A DNA stretch of 64,000 nucleotides, taken from the NCBI GenBank assembly GCA_964364285.1, contig CAYIKZ010000002.1, positions 3,800 to 67,799 on the forward strand, read 5' to 3'. The stretch is from an uncultured Candidatus Saccharibacteria bacterium (GTDB lineage Bacteria; Patescibacteriota; Doudnabacteria; UBA920; VMFF01). The notes beneath the pieces were generated by a model. The model was not told where the DNA came from and searched no databases. It was given only the letters and a program-made list of their open reading frames with translations. The position numbers were made by a program, and so were the translations under genes. Shown piece by piece: positions 10,059 to 20,810 of this stretch. The first letter of the stretch is position 1. The number at the start of each line of letters is the position of its first letter.

Positions 10059-10790
10059 ATGAATGGAAAAAAGCCCCAAAACATTACTCCCAGACAAGCT
10101 AAGATATTAGCCGCTATTGTTAGGGAGTATTCAAATACCCCAGAACCAGTTAGTTCAGAGGATATAAGCGTGAAATATAGGTTGGATATATCCTCAGCAA
10201 CCATCCGTAATGAAATGATGGCCTTAGAAAGAAACGGATACATCCAACAGCCACATACATCATCAGGAAGAGTACCGACTGATCTTGGGTATAGATATTT
10301 CGTAAAAGAGCTGATGAAGCGTTTTGAGCTTTCATTAAAAGAACAAATCTCTTTAAGAGAACAGCTTGGTAGGTTACAACAACAGACTCATGAAATAGGG
10401 AAAAACATCGCAAGATTACTTGCTGAAAAAACAGATCAAGCCGCATTCGCGCTTTTACCAGAAGAAAATTCAGCTAGCGGTCTTTCAAACATCTTGCAAC
10501 ATCCGAGGTTTGATAAAAGAGACGTTGTAGAAGTAGTTCAGTTCTTTGAGGATATCGATGAATATGCTGATCAGATGTTGAGCGATTTCTTTAAAGAACA
10601 ACCATCAGCGTTAATTGGTAAAGAACATCATCTGGCGCCAATAAAGAACTACTCATTAATTGTTTCTAAAGTTGAACTACCAACAGGAGAGCGTGGATTA
10701 ATTGGTATAGTCGGACCAAAATCAATGCGATATGACAAAAATATTAGTTTAGTTGAATATTTTGCAAAATACTTAAGCACAGGAGAATAA
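10059..10790 (+). CDS. hrcA: Heat-inducible transcription repressor HrcA (short form)
   Basis: N-terminal winged-HTH region typical of HrcA (ILAAIVREY..., RNEMMALE). First gene of the grpE-dnaK cluster behind the CIRCE elements. Confidence 0.8.
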   Translation: MNGKKPQNITPRQAKILAAIVREYSNTPEPVSSEDISVKYRLDISSATIRNEMMALERNGYIQQPHTSSGRVPTDLGYRYFVKELMKRFELSLKEQISLREQLGRLQQQTHEIGKNIARLLAEKTDQAAFALLPEENSASGLSNILQHPRFDKRDVVEVVQFFEDIDEYADQMLSDFFKEQPSALIGKEHHLAPIKNYSLIVSKVELPTGERGLIGIVGPKSMRYDKNISLVEYFAKYLSTGE

Positions 10791-10792
10791 CT

Positions 10793-11308
10793 ATGGACGA
10801 ACAACAAATATCAGAAACCAGCAGCGGAGATATAACAATAGAGCAGCTGCAAGCAGAGCTTTCAGAAGCCCTTAAACAAGCAGAAGAAAATCTTTCTGGA
10901 TGGAAACGAACACAGGCTGATCTAGAAAACTACAGAAAGAAAAAAGAAGCAGAGGGAACAGAGCTAGTTCAGTTTGGGAGACAAGCAGGTTTTGTTCAGA
11001 TACTCCCAGTTCTTGATTCCCTAGAAATGGCAATACTACACGCACCAGAGATTGAGGATGAAAAGTACAAGAATTTCAAAAATGGTTTAGATGGAATAGT
11101 TAAACAAATAGACGCAGCAATAGTTGCAATGGGTATATCAAAGATAGAAGCAGTTGGAAAAAAGTTTGATCCAAACCTGCATGAAGCTATAAAAGAAGTG
11201 GTTGGAGAAGAAGATGGTTTAGTAGTTGAACAATATCAAACCGGATACACACTTCAAGGAAAACTTTTAAGACCAGCGCAAGTATCAATATCAAAAAAGA
11301 ATATTTAG
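10793..11308 (+). CDS. grpE: Nucleotide exchange factor GrpE
   Basis: 171 aa with GrpE-like coiled-coil and C-terminal beta domain. Sits between hrcA and dnaK. Confidence 0.85.
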   Translation: MDEQQISETSSGDITIEQLQAELSEALKQAEENLSGWKRTQADLENYRKKKEAEGTELVQFGRQAGFVQILPVLDSLEMAILHAPEIEDEKYKNFKNGLDGIVKQIDAAIVAMGISKIEAVGKKFDPNLHEAIKEVVGEEDGLVVEQYQTGYTLQGKLLRPAQVSISKKNI

Positions 11309-11331
11309 TAATAACATTAAGAAAGGAACAT

Positions 11332-13155
11332 ATGGCAAAAATAATCGGAATAGACTTAGGAACATCAAACTCTGCAGCTTCAGTGATGGAAGGTGGAAAG
11401 CCTGTAATTATTCCATCAGCAGAAGGAAACAGTATTGCTGGTAAAGCATTCCCTTCATACGTCGCATTTACAAAAGAAGGGCAGCTTTTAGTTGGTGAAC
11501 CTGCAAGAAGACAAGCAGTTACTAACCCAGAAGGAACTGTTTTTGAAGCAAAAAGAAAAATGGGTACTAGCTTTAAGTATTCATTAAACGGAAAAGAATA
11601 CACTCCAGAACAAATTTCTGCGTTCATCTTACAAAAGATTAAAAAGGATGCTGAAAGCTATGCTGGAGGAGCAATTTCTCAAGCAGTTATTACAGTCCCT
11701 GCTTACTTTGATGATGCTCAAAGACAAGCAACAAAAAATGCAGGAGAGATTGCTGGTTTAGAGGTTGTTAGAATAATCAACGAACCAACAGCAGCAGCCT
11801 TAGCTTACGGATTAGACAAAGTAGGACAAGAACAAAAAATCTTAGTCTTTGACCTTGGTGGTGGAACATTAGATGTTACAACAATGGACTTTGGCCAAGG
11901 AGTATTTGAAGTCATCTCAACATCTGGTGATACTCAACTTGGCGGTAAAGACATGGACTCTGCTGTAATCAACCACATCATAACTACATTCAAACAAGAA
12001 AGCGGTATTGATGTTTCAGCAGACAAAATGGCTTTAAACAGAGTTAGAGAAGCAGCAGAAAAAGCAAAGATTGAACTTTCTACAACAATGGAAACAGATT
12101 TAAACCTTCCTTTCATTACAGCTGATGCAAGTGGTCCAAAACATCTGACTATGAAAATAACCAGAGCGAAATTAGAGGAATTGGTTAAGCCAATCATTGA
12201 GAAATTAAGACATCCAATGGAGCAGGCAATTGCAGATGCAAAATTAACTCCTCACCAGATTGATAAAGTTATATTGGTTGGTGGACCTACTCGTATGCCT
12301 ATTGTACAGAAATTCGTTGAAGACTTTGTTGGTAAACAAGTAGAACGTGGTATTGATCCAATGGAAGCAGTTGCAAAAGGAGCTGCAATTCAGGCTGGTG
12401 TTTTAAGCGGTGAAGTGAAAGATATTCTTTTACTTGATGTTACTCCTTTAACGCTTGGTATTGAAACAATGGGTGGTATTAGAACACCATTAATTGATAG
12501 AAACACAACAGTTCCAACATCAAAGTCACAGGTATTTAGCACAGCTGCTGATAACCAGACATCTGTTGAGATAAACGTGTTGCAAGGGGAACGTGAATTT
12601 GCTAAAGACAACAAAACTCTAGGTAAATTCATACTAGACGGAATTCCACCAGCACCACGCGGTGTGCCACAAGTTGAAGTTGCTTTTGATATAGATGCAA
12701 ACGGTATCTTAACCGTTAAAGCAAAAGATAAAGCAAGCGGTAAAGAACAACACATCACAATTCAAGGTTCTTCAAACCTTTCAAAAGATGATATTGAAAG
12801 AATGAGAAAAGAAGCAGAAGAGCATGCTTCTGAAGACAAAAAGAGAAGAGAGACTGTTGAAATTCGGAACCAAGCAGATACCTTAATCTCTGTTTCTGAA
12901 AAGACTTTGAAAGATGCAGGAGACAAAGCATCAGAAGCAGACAGAAAAGATGCTCAGGAAAAACTAGACGCTCTAAAAAATATCAAAGACAAAGATGATA
13001 TTGATGCAATCAAAAAAGCCTTAGATGAGCTTTCCATATCAATTCAAAAGATTGGCGCTGCAATGTATCAGCAAACACCACCAGAACAAACCTCTGGTGC
13101 AGAACCTTCTGGTGAAAACAAAGAAGGACCAGTAGATGCTGAGGTTGTTAAATAA
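11332..13155 (+). CDS. dnaK: Chaperone DnaK (Hsp70)
   Basis: Hsp70 signatures [16 protein letters not shown] and VGGPTRMP. Confidence 0.97.
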   Translation: MAKIIGIDLGTSNSAASVMEGGKPVIIPSAEGNSIAGKAFPSYVAFTKEGQLLVGEPARRQAVTNPEGTVFEAKRKMGTSFKYSLNGKEYTPEQISAFILQKIKKDAESYAGGAISQAVITVPAYFDDAQRQATKNAGEIAGLEVVRIINEPTAAALAYGLDKVGQEQKILVFDLGGGTLDVTTMDFGQGVFEVISTSGDTQLGGKDMDSAVINHIITTFKQESGIDVSADKMALNRVREAAEKAKIELSTTMETDLNLPFITADASGPKHLTMKITRAKLEELVKPIIEKLRHPMEQAIADAKLTPHQIDKVILVGGPTRMPIVQKFVEDFVGKQVERGIDPMEAVAKGAAIQAGVLSGEVKDILLLDVTPLTLGIETMGGIRTPLIDRNTTVPTSKSQVFSTAADNQTSVEINVLQGEREFAKDNKTLGKFILDGIPPAPRGVPQVEVAFDIDANGILTVKAKDKASGKEQHITIQGSSNLSKDDIERMRKEAEEHASEDKKRRETVEIRNQADTLISVSEKTLKDAGDKASEADRKDAQEKLDALKNIKDKDDIDAIKKALDELSISIQKIGAAMYQQTPPEQTSGAEPSGENKEGPVDAEVVK

Positions 13156-13169
13156 TTAAGAGAAAACAC

Positions 13170-13472
13170 ATGAACAATGAAAATAAACAGGATCAACAGA
13201 TCCAGGTAAAGATCACAGACGAGATCTTAAAAGGCGTCTATGCAAACACAATGCAAGTAAGCCACACTCCTGATGAATTTGTTCTTGATTTCATGAACAT
13301 ATTTACAGCAAACGGAGTTGGTATAGTTACTTCAAAAGTAATTGTATCTCCAGCACACTACAAAAGAGTGTTAGCTGCAATGCAACAGAACTTAAAGCTC
13401 TTCGAAGATAAATTTGGTACAATAAAGCATGTTGATACGCCAGAGCCAAAGATTGGATTTAAGGCAGAATAA
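13170..13472 (+). CDS. Small conserved protein, DUF3467-like (recalled from memory, unverified)
   Basis: 100 aa. The motif GVYANTMQVSHTPDEFVLDF resembles DUF3467 family members. Confidence 0.5.
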   Translation: MNNENKQDQQIQVKITDEILKGVYANTMQVSHTPDEFVLDFMNIFTANGVGIVTSKVIVSPAHYKRVLAAMQQNLKLFEDKFGTIKHVDTPEPKIGFKAE

Positions 13473-13485
13473 CTAAAACAAAAAA

Positions 13486-14370
13486 ATGAAACTAAAAAAA
13501 CTCTTTCTAAGTTTTGGAGCAGTAATATTCTCAGGTTTGGGTTGGTATCTATTCTCTCAAATCTTTGATGGAAGTAATATTTTCCAAGGCAATAGCTGGA
13601 ATTGGTTTGGTTTCGTTTTTAGTATCGCCTTAGCTTATGCTTTCAGCTTCTTAATAGCAGCAACCAGAGATCGTTTTGATTTTGAGGTTACTTCATTACT
13701 TTCAGTTCTTTGGATCCCTGTATTCTTAGGAACAACAGGAAGAAACATCATAGCAGCAATCGTGCTTTTTCTTTTCTCCCAAGCACTGTTAGAGTTTGCA
13801 AGCGCATTGGAACACTCGATAGACCTAAACTATTTTTCAACAGCATATTCAAAAATAGCTTTAGTTATCATTGCATTACTTGCGATAACTTCAATATATT
13901 TTCAGGACCGAGTTGTTGCAAACGTTGGAAACACAGCAGTATCTCAAAAAGCGGTTGGAGCTATCTGGCCATATGTAAGTAAATATTTTAACCAGTACAA
14001 TACCAACGGAACAGTTAATGAATTTTTAGCCTCTGAGTTTACACAGCAAGGCGTTCAACAACCAACACCACAAATGATTGCTACAGCAAGAAATGAACTT
14101 TCTAAACAACTTAACCTAAACTTAAACGGGAAAGAAAGCATGTCTGCTTTGGGTGAAGACTTTGTTGCAAATCAGTTTAATAGTTTCCTTCAAGAATATC
14201 ACATTGAAAAATCGGGTATATACGTCATCTTCCTTTCACTTCTTGTTCTTTGGCCGATTGGAAGACTACTCTTCGCTCTAATTGCGTTATTAATATTTAA
14301 GATCTTTGAAAGTTCGGGATTAATTAAAATTAGAGAAACTCAGGTTACAGCAAAAACCCTTCAGATATAA
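13486..14370 (+). CDS. Integral membrane protein (hypothetical)
   Basis: 294 aa with multiple TM helices. Inserted between dnaK and dnaJ. Confidence 0.5.
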   Translation: MKLKKLFLSFGAVIFSGLGWYLFSQIFDGSNIFQGNSWNWFGFVFSIALAYAFSFLIAATRDRFDFEVTSLLSVLWIPVFLGTTGRNIIAAIVLFLFSQALLEFASALEHSIDLNYFSTAYSKIALVIIALLAITSIYFQDRVVANVGNTAVSQKAVGAIWPYVSKYFNQYNTNGTVNEFLASEFTQQGVQQPTPQMIATARNELSKQLNLNLNGKESMSALGEDFVANQFNSFLQEYHIEKSGIYVIFLSLLVLWPIGRLLFALIALLIFKIFESSGLIKIRETQVTAKTLQI

Positions 14371-14375
14371 CAAGT

Positions 14376-15437
14376 ATGGCAAAAAACTACTATGACATTC
14401 TAGGCATCAGCAAAACAGCAAGTGCAGATGAAATTAAACGGGCATATAGAAAGTTAGCCTCAGAACACCATCCTGACATGGGAGGTAGTTCAGATCGCTT
14501 CAAAGAATTAAATGATGCATATCAGGTTTTGTCTGATTCAGGAAAACGTTCTCAGTATGACCGGTATGGTCAAACATTTGATCAAGCCCAAAGACAGGGC
14601 GGTTTTTCAGGTAATCCATTTGGTGACTTTGAAGGAAACTTTAACAATGCTGGTTTTGGTTTTGAAGATATTCTTTCAAGCATGTTTGGTGGAGAAGACA
14701 CACAAGCAAGGAATCGCGGTATTGATTTAGAAATGCCCCTAAGAATTTCGTTTAAAGAAGCAGTCTTTGGTGTTGAAAAAGAAATTGCCATTGAAAAGAA
14801 AAACCCTTGTGCTAAATGTAATGGGAGTGGGGCAGAACCTGGAAGCAAGATTAACACATGTCCAAAATGTCATGGGCAAGGACAGATAAAGACGCAGAGA
14901 AGAACAATCTTTGGAACAATGGCAACCTCAACAGCCTGCGATCGTTGTGAAGGAACAGGAAAAGTTCCTGAAAAACCTTGTGCTGAATGCAAAGGCATTG
15001 GATTAAAGAGAGGAAGAAAAATAATCAAGGTTTCAATTCCAGCAGGAATTGACGATGGACAGAGAATACGAGTTAGAGGAGAAGGAGAGCAAGGATACCG
15101 TGGTTCAGCTGTCGGTGATCTATATATTCAAATAGAGGTTCAGGGAAGCAAAGACTTTGTTAGAAAAGGTTTTGATCTTTTCAAAGAAGAAACAATTTCA
15201 TTTCCTCAAGCAGCGCTTGGAATGACTTTAGAAACAGAAACCATTGATGGAAGCGTGAGGATAAAGATACCAGGAGGAACACAATCAGGAAAGGTTTTTA
15301 GGATATCCGATATTGGTGTTCCGCATTTAAATCATTCTGGCAGAGGAGATATGTATGTAACAGTCAAAGTTCATACTCCTGAAAAATTAAGCAAGAAACA
15401 AAAAGAGCTACTTAAACAATTAGAAGAGGTTGAATAA
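14376..15437 (+). CDS. dnaJ: Chaperone DnaJ
   Basis: J domain with HPD, G/F-rich region, four CxxCxGxG zinc-finger repeats, C-terminal domain. Confidence 0.95.
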   Translation: MAKNYYDILGISKTASADEIKRAYRKLASEHHPDMGGSSDRFKELNDAYQVLSDSGKRSQYDRYGQTFDQAQRQGGFSGNPFGDFEGNFNNAGFGFEDILSSMFGGEDTQARNRGIDLEMPLRISFKEAVFGVEKEIAIEKKNPCAKCNGSGAEPGSKINTCPKCHGQGQIKTQRRTIFGTMATSTACDRCEGTGKVPEKPCAECKGIGLKRGRKIIKVSIPAGIDDGQRIRVRGEGEQGYRGSAVGDLYIQIEVQGSKDFVRKGFDLFKEETISFPQAALGMTLETETIDGSVRIKIPGGTQSGKVFRISDIGVPHLNHSGRGDMYVTVKVHTPEKLSKKQKELLKQLEEVE

Positions 15438-15506
15438 AACAGGCGGAGTTTAGTTTGGGTTTAAGTATGGTATAATTAGAGAAACAAAATAGAGTAAAGA
15501 AACAAA

Positions 15507-16046
15507 ATGCCACAAGATTATAATTCGCTTTTAAACAGTGTTAACTTCCAAAACCCCAGCTGGGATGCTTTTATCTTCTTCTTTTGGGCCATAGTGGCTG
15601 TCATATACAGCTTTTCAGCTGGTAGAGGAAGAATAATTAGCATATTAGTTGCTGTTTACATGTCTGAACTGTTGGTAATTCAGGCCCCTTTCTTAAGCAC
15701 AGCAGTAGGGGATCAGTTTGGTTTAGCTTTGTATTTAGGTCGTTTAATCACATTTCTAGTTTTGTTTGGTTTTTTCTTCCTTGTTCTTTCAAAGTTTGTT
15801 TTCAGAACCTCTGTGGAAAATCGTCGTTGGGGTTCATGGGTATTTTCCCTTATCTTCGCTGTCTTACAGGTCGGTTTTTTAATCAGTGTTATTCTTTCAT
15901 TCTTACCCCCTGAAGTTAAAACGACGTTCGCACCACTTGTAAAGTTTGTTTTCATTTCAGAAACAGCAAATTTTGTTTGGTTGCTTCTGCCGATCGCTTT
16001 CTTAGTGTTCGTGGGTAGGCACATCTCAGACCACAGACTAGAGTAA
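15507..16046 (+). CDS. CvpA-family-like membrane protein (putative)
   Basis: 179 aa with four hydrophobic helices. Size and topology match the CvpA family. Confidence 0.45.
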   Translation: MPQDYNSLLNSVNFQNPSWDAFIFFFWAIVAVIYSFSAGRGRIISILVAVYMSELLVIQAPFLSTAVGDQFGLALYLGRLITFLVLFGFFFLVLSKFVFRTSVENRRWGSWVFSLIFAVLQVGFLISVILSFLPPEVKTTFAPLVKFVFISETANFVWLLLPIAFLVFVGRHISDHRLE

Positions 16047-16062
16047 AGAAAAAAGCCAAATT

Positions 16063-16087
16063 AAAAATCCCGGTTTGCGGGATTTTT
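16063..16087 (+). terminator. Terminator hairpin
   Basis: Stem aaatcccg / cgggattt with loop gttt, followed by a T-run. Confidence 0.55.
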
Positions 16088-16090
16088 CTA

Positions 16091-16166
16091 TGGTGGGTCG
16101 GGTGGGGATCGAACCCACGACAAACGGCTTAAAAGGCCGCTGCTCTACCAACTGAGCTACCGACCC
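16091..16166 (-). tRNA. tRNA-Lys (anticodon UUU)
   Basis: Manual fold: acceptor GGGTCGG/CCGACCC, D arm GCTC/GAGC, anticodon loop CTTTTAA, T arm GTGGG-TTCGATC-CCCAC, CCA end. Confidence 0.85.
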
Positions 16167-16242
16167 GCAAGCTTTGCGAGTCAAAATTGATTTAACTTCC
16201 GTATTTTACAATATATATCAGAAAAATTCAAGGTACTTAAAG

Positions 16243-18045
16243 ATGTTCAAATATATTAAATTTCTTTCTAGCTACTTCCAAAAAGAGCGAAAAAACATCG
16301 TTTTGATTTTTGTATTAGTGATGCTTTCGCAAACCTTCTCTTTGGCAGAGCCGGTGTTCTACACTAGAATTTTAGATCGATTCTTAAGAGATTCACATAA
16401 TTTAACAAAGTTTCCAACAGAACACGCTTTCTTCGTAGCTTTAGGGATTACAGTTCTTGCTTGGATAGGTTCTGCTTTTGCAGCACGAATATTTAAAAAC
16501 CTGCAACAATATTATGTTAATACAGTAAGTGACAGAATTGGAATAAATGTTTTTAACCACGCGTATGAACATGTAATATCACTTCCAATTCAATTCCATG
16601 CAAACCAGAAAACAGGAGAGGTCTTTAGAAAAATATCAAAAGCTAGAGAAGACATTACAACACTTTTTAGCGTTGCTTTTGACAAGATCTTTCAAAACGT
16701 GTTTTCAATATCCATTGTCCTCATATATATCTTCATCAGAGAATGGAGAGTCGGTGTAATCGCCGTTATTCTAGTTCCTGTGTTCATAATAGCAACATCT
16801 TTTTTCACAAAAAGAGTTAAAAAAATACAGGAAGAGATAAACAAGAGGAACGAGAAACTTTTTGGAACATCATTTGAAGCGTTAAACCACATTGAGGTTG
16901 TTAAATCCTTTGCTTCAGAAGAACACGAAATTAATCAGATTAAAGAAGACAACAAAGTAACTCACGACAATGTTAAAAAGAAAACCATAGCATACCAGCA
17001 GCTTTTCTTTGTTCAGGGAACAATTGTAAACCTTGCAAGAGTTTCCTTAATTTGGTTTGGTTCTGTTCTTGCATTCAAAGGAGTACTAACCTTTGCAGAT
17101 GTCATTCTTTTTGGAGTGTATTCATTCGTCATATATCAACCTCTCTATGATCTTGGAGATATTTATGCTAAATACCAGGAAGGTGTTAGTGCTGTTGATC
17201 GTTTACAAACGTTGCTTTCTGAAAAAGCAACAATTTTTTCAAAGCCAAATGCTTTGAAACCAAAAAAGCTTCAGGGAAAAGTTGAGTTTAAAAATGTTTC
17301 CTTTAACTACAATCAAGAGCGTGAGATATTAAAAGATGTTTCTTTCAAAGTTGAACCAGGAAAGAAGTTAGCAATCGTTGGATTTTCAGGCAGTGGTAAA
17401 TCTACAATAGTTAAGTTATTACTTCGTTTCTATGAACCAACAACAGGCGAGATTTTAATTGATGGTAAAAACATTGCCGATTACAATCTTCAAGCACTTC
17501 ACAAAAGAATTGGTTTAGTTTTGCAAGACAACATTCTTTTCAACACCACGCTATCAGAAAATATTCGTTACGGAACATTCAAAGCAAGTGATACTGAGGT
17601 CGAAGCTTCAGCAAACAGGGCATACCTTTCCCCTTTCCTTAAAAAACTTAGTTCAGGTTTAGAAACTTTAGTAGGTGAAAGAGGAGTTAAGCTTTCTGGT
17701 GGTGAAAGACAACGCGTTGCAATCGCTAGAAGTATTATTAAAAAACCTGACATCTTAATTTTTGATGAAGCAACGTCTTCCTTAGATTCGCATTCAGAAG
17801 AAATGATAAAAGAAGCAATCTCAGATGTTTCTAAAGATGTAACTACAATAACTGTGGCACATCGTTTCTCAACAGTTGTTAATGCAGATGAGATTATTCT
17901 TCTAGAAGCAGGGGAAATAAAGGAGAGAGGGAATCATGAGGCATTACTTGCGAAACACGGCAAATACGCGAGTTTGTATCAACTTCAAACACAGCGACAA
18001 ACTGAGGATTTTTACAGTCCCAGCTCAATTGACAAAATTGCGTAA
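16243..18045 (+). CDS. ABC exporter, fused permease-ATPase (MsbA/Sav1866-like)
   Basis: Six-TM domain followed by an NBD with Walker A GFSGSGKST, signature LSGGERQR and Walker B ILIFDEATS. ATG 16243 is preferred over 16174, which abuts the tRNA. Confidence 0.85.
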   Translation: MFKYIKFLSSYFQKERKNIVLIFVLVMLSQTFSLAEPVFYTRILDRFLRDSHNLTKFPTEHAFFVALGITVLAWIGSAFAARIFKNLQQYYVNTVSDRIGINVFNHAYEHVISLPIQFHANQKTGEVFRKISKAREDITTLFSVAFDKIFQNVFSISIVLIYIFIREWRVGVIAVILVPVFIIATSFFTKRVKKIQEEINKRNEKLFGTSFEALNHIEVVKSFASEEHEINQIKEDNKVTHDNVKKKTIAYQQLFFVQGTIVNLARVSLIWFGSVLAFKGVLTFADVILFGVYSFVIYQPLYDLGDIYAKYQEGVSAVDRLQTLLSEKATIFSKPNALKPKKLQGKVEFKNVSFNYNQEREILKDVSFKVEPGKKLAIVGFSGSGKSTIVKLLLRFYEPTTGEILIDGKNIADYNLQALHKRIGLVLQDNILFNTTLSENIRYGTFKASDTEVEASANRAYLSPFLKKLSSGLETLVGERGVKLSGGERQRVAIARSIIKKPDILIFDEATSSLDSHSEEMIKEAISDVSKDVTTITVAHRFSTVVNADEIILLEAGEIKERGNHEALLAKHGKYASLYQLQTQRQTEDFYSPSSIDKIA

Positions 18046-18074
18046 GTTGGTTAATATGTTAGGTACTAACATAT
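18029..18074 (+). promoter_or_regulatory. Promoter TTGACA-17-TAATAT overlapping a perfect 9-3-9 palindrome (MarR-type operator candidate)
   Basis: -35 at 18029-18034, -10 at 18052-18057. Palindrome ATATGTTAG-gta-CTAACATAT at 18054-18074, immediately upstream of the marR-family gene. Confidence 0.5.
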
Positions 18075-18083
18075 CTAAAAACA

Positions 18084-18539
18084 TTGAAATATAACAGGGA
18101 AGAACAAGTAAAGGTTTTTTTTGAAGAAATGGCCAAGCTACAAAGGCTCATGTTTTCTAAGAAAGATTCTTTTTTAACAAAGTACAAACTTAGCCGTCCG
18201 CAGATGGTTGTTATGTATTTCATTTCAGAAGGTGGATCTAAAACCATCAAAGACATTGCTGAGATAATGAACATATCAAGCAGTGCTGCAACGCAGATGA
18301 TAGAAGGACTAGTTAGAAATGGTTTCCTTGAAAGAGTCGTTCATCCAACAGATAGAAGGTCAGTACAGATTAGTATGTCTAAAATAGGGAAAAAGACATT
18401 TGATCAATTCAAGATTCAACACTTAAGACAAATGCAAAATCTTTTGGTGTCTTTAAGTGATGCAGAAATTGAACTCCTGTTAAAGATCCCTGCAAAGATT
18501 TTAAAACAATTAGAAAACTTAAAAGTAAGAAATAATTAA
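18084..18539 (+). CDS. MarR-family transcriptional regulator
   Basis: 151 aa with a winged-HTH MarR-like core. The start may be the ATG at 18129. Confidence 0.75.
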   Translation: MKYNREEQVKVFFEEMAKLQRLMFSKKDSFLTKYKLSRPQMVVMYFISEGGSKTIKDIAEIMNISSSAATQMIEGLVRNGFLERVVHPTDRRSVQISMSKIGKKTFDQFKIQHLRQMQNLLVSLSDAEIELLLKIPAKILKQLENLKVRNN

Positions 18540-18548
18540 GAGAAAGAA

Positions 18549-20099
18549 ATGAAAGAATTCATCAAAAGAAGAAAGTACTGGATTATTGGTGGAGTAATCT
18601 TGCTTTCGCTAATCATTTGGCGTGCAAATTCAGGTAATGGTCCTAAATACACCGTAGCTTACACAGTTGCTAAACAAGACATTAAACAAACCGTCTTAGC
18701 AACTGGAACCATAACTTCTCAATCAAACTTAAACTTAAGTTTTAAAAACGGCGGTATATTAAGTAAGATAAACGTTAAAGTTGGAGACAAAGTTAGAAAA
18801 GGTCAGGTGCTAGCGATGCTTGATCAGCGTGATGCAAGCGCATCATTAAACCAAGCAAGGGCATCTGTGCTTTCAGCACAAGCAAACTATCAGAAAGTTA
18901 AAAGTGGTGCTTCTCAACCAGAAATTGCAGTTGCGCAAGCTTCTGTTGTTGCTGCTGAAGTAACTTACAAAAATGCCCAGAATACATACACTGCAACTGA
19001 ATCTCAACAGAAAAGTCTGGTTGCTTCTGCACAAGGAGCAATGCTTAACTCTGGATTGCAAGCAGTTGTTGAAAGCGGTTCAACAACAATTACAGGAACA
19101 GTTTCAGGAACATACACAGGAACAGAACAAGGTAGATACAGAGTAGTTATGGGTACAAGCGGATCAGGATTAACATACAATGTTTCAGGCTTAGAAGGAT
19201 ACTACGCTGAGTTTCAACGTGGTGTCCCAGCTAAAATAGGGAACAGAGGGTTGTATATAACCATCGGGACAAGTGGGACTTTAAACAGTGGCGATTCTTG
19301 GGTTATTGATGTTCCTAACACTCAATCTTCTACATACATCACAGCATCTAATTCATACCAGAGCGCTTTGCAAACTCAGAATCAAGCCTTAGTTACTGCT
19401 CAAAATGCTGTTGATTCAACACGCGTTGCTTTAACACAAGCTCAAGCAAACCTAAATCTAAAACAGTCTCTAGCAAGACCAGAGGATTTGGCTGCTGCTG
19501 ATGCGCAAGTTAAAACAGCACAAGCACAATTACAAGCAGCTCAGAATCAATACAGTAATAATATAATCACATCTCCAATAGATGGAACAGTAACTTCTGT
19601 TGATTTAAAGCTAGGAGAAAACGTTGCTCCGCAAAAAGCCGTTATTGTAGTCCTAGATCAGTCTTCTTTGCATGTTGAGTCTAATATATCTGAATCTTCA
19701 ATTGCGCTATTACAATCAGGTCAGAAAATAGACATGACAATGGATGCATTTGGTCCTGACAGACACTTTACAGGAGAAATTCTTTCAATAGATCCCGCAT
19801 CAACTGTTCTTTCTGGAGTCATAAACTACAGAGTAATCTCATCCATTCCACAAGATGTTGATATTAAACCAGGGATGACAGTTAACCTAGTAATACTAGT
19901 TAACGAAAAGACTCAGGTCTTAGCAGTTCCAAACAGATTAGTTAAAAGCAACTCTCATAGATACGTAACAGTCTTAGAAAATGGAAATGTTAAGGAAATA
20001 GAAGTAACAATTGGTTTAAGTGGTGATTCATATACTGAAATTACAAGTGGGTTGTCTGGTGGGGAAGAAATAGTTACTACCATAGAACCAAAGAAATAA
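18549..20099 (+). CDS. HlyD/MacA-like periplasmic adaptor (efflux membrane-fusion protein)
   Basis: 516 aa with an N-terminal TM, long coiled-coil Q/A-rich segments and biotinyl-lipoyl-like and beta-barrel regions. Confidence 0.7.
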   Translation: MKEFIKRRKYWIIGGVILLSLIIWRANSGNGPKYTVAYTVAKQDIKQTVLATGTITSQSNLNLSFKNGGILSKINVKVGDKVRKGQVLAMLDQRDASASLNQARASVLSAQANYQKVKSGASQPEIAVAQASVVAAEVTYKNAQNTYTATESQQKSLVASAQGAMLNSGLQAVVESGSTTITGTVSGTYTGTEQGRYRVVMGTSGSGLTYNVSGLEGYYAEFQRGVPAKIGNRGLYITIGTSGTLNSGDSWVIDVPNTQSSTYITASNSYQSALQTQNQALVTAQNAVDSTRVALTQAQANLNLKQSLARPEDLAAADAQVKTAQAQLQAAQNQYSNNIITSPIDGTVTSVDLKLGENVAPQKAVIVVLDQSSLHVESNISESSIALLQSGQKIDMTMDAFGPDRHFTGEILSIDPASTVLSGVINYRVISSIPQDVDIKPGMTVNLVILVNEKTQVLAVPNRLVKSNSHRYVTVLENGNVKEIEVTIGLSGDSYTEITSGLSGGEEIVTTIEPKK

Positions 20100-20110
20100 C
20101 AGAGGAGAAC

Positions 20111-20809
20111 ATGACTTTAATTAGAATGGAGAAGATCAAAAAGATCTACAACAACGGAGAGGATAACCAAGTTGTTGCCTTAAAAGATATTGATCTTGAA
20201 ATAGAGCAAGGTGATTTCGTTGCCATCATGGGTCCTTCAGGATCAGGCAAATCAACACTAATGCATGTCATTGGTTTCTTAGACAAAGCAGATTCTGGAA
20301 ACTATTTCTTTGAAGACAAAAACGTTGTTACCTTAACAGATGATGAATTAGCAGAGATACGAAACAAAAGAGTTGGGTTTGTTTTTCAGGCTTTTAATCT
20401 TTTACCAAGAACATCAGCGCTTGATAACGTGGCGTTGCCAATGTTGTATGCAGCGAACTCAGATAAATCCAGCGCAGAACAACGTGCTTTAGAAATGCTT
20501 AAACAAGTTGATTTAGAAAGCAGAAAAGACCATCATCCATCAGAGCTTTCTGGTGGACAACAACAACGCGTTGCCATAGCAAGAGCTTTAGTTAATGATC
20601 CCGCGGTCATCTTTGCTGATGAACCAACGGGAAACCTAGACACCAAATCATCCGAAGAAGTGATGCGTATATTTAAGCGTTTAAATGATTCTGGAAGAAC
20701 CTTAATCTTCGTAACACATGAAGAAGATGTTGCCGCATACGCAAAAAGAATCATCCGATTAAAAGACGGTGCCATCATTTCAGACGAACTTAACAGGAAC
20801 AGAATATAA
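20111..20809 (+). CDS. ABC transporter ATP-binding protein (MacB/LolD-type)
   Basis: Walker [18 protein letters not shown], Walker B IFADEPTGNLD. Confidence 0.9.
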   Translation: MTLIRMEKIKKIYNNGEDNQVVALKDIDLEIEQGDFVAIMGPSGSGKSTLMHVIGFLDKADSGNYFFEDKNVVTLTDDELAEIRNKRVGFVFQAFNLLPRTSALDNVALPMLYAANSDKSSAEQRALEMLKQVDLESRKDHHPSELSGGQQQRVAIARALVNDPAVIFADEPTGNLDTKSSEEVMRIFKRLNDSGRTLIFVTHEEDVAAYAKRIIRLKDGAIISDELNRNRI

Positions 20810-20810
20810 T

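Noticed and set aside
16174-16242. Longer start for the ABC exporter, abutting tRNA-Lys
   Set aside because: It would place coding sequence within 8 nt of the tRNA and over a TTGATT-17-AATATA promoter. ATG 16243 is preferred.
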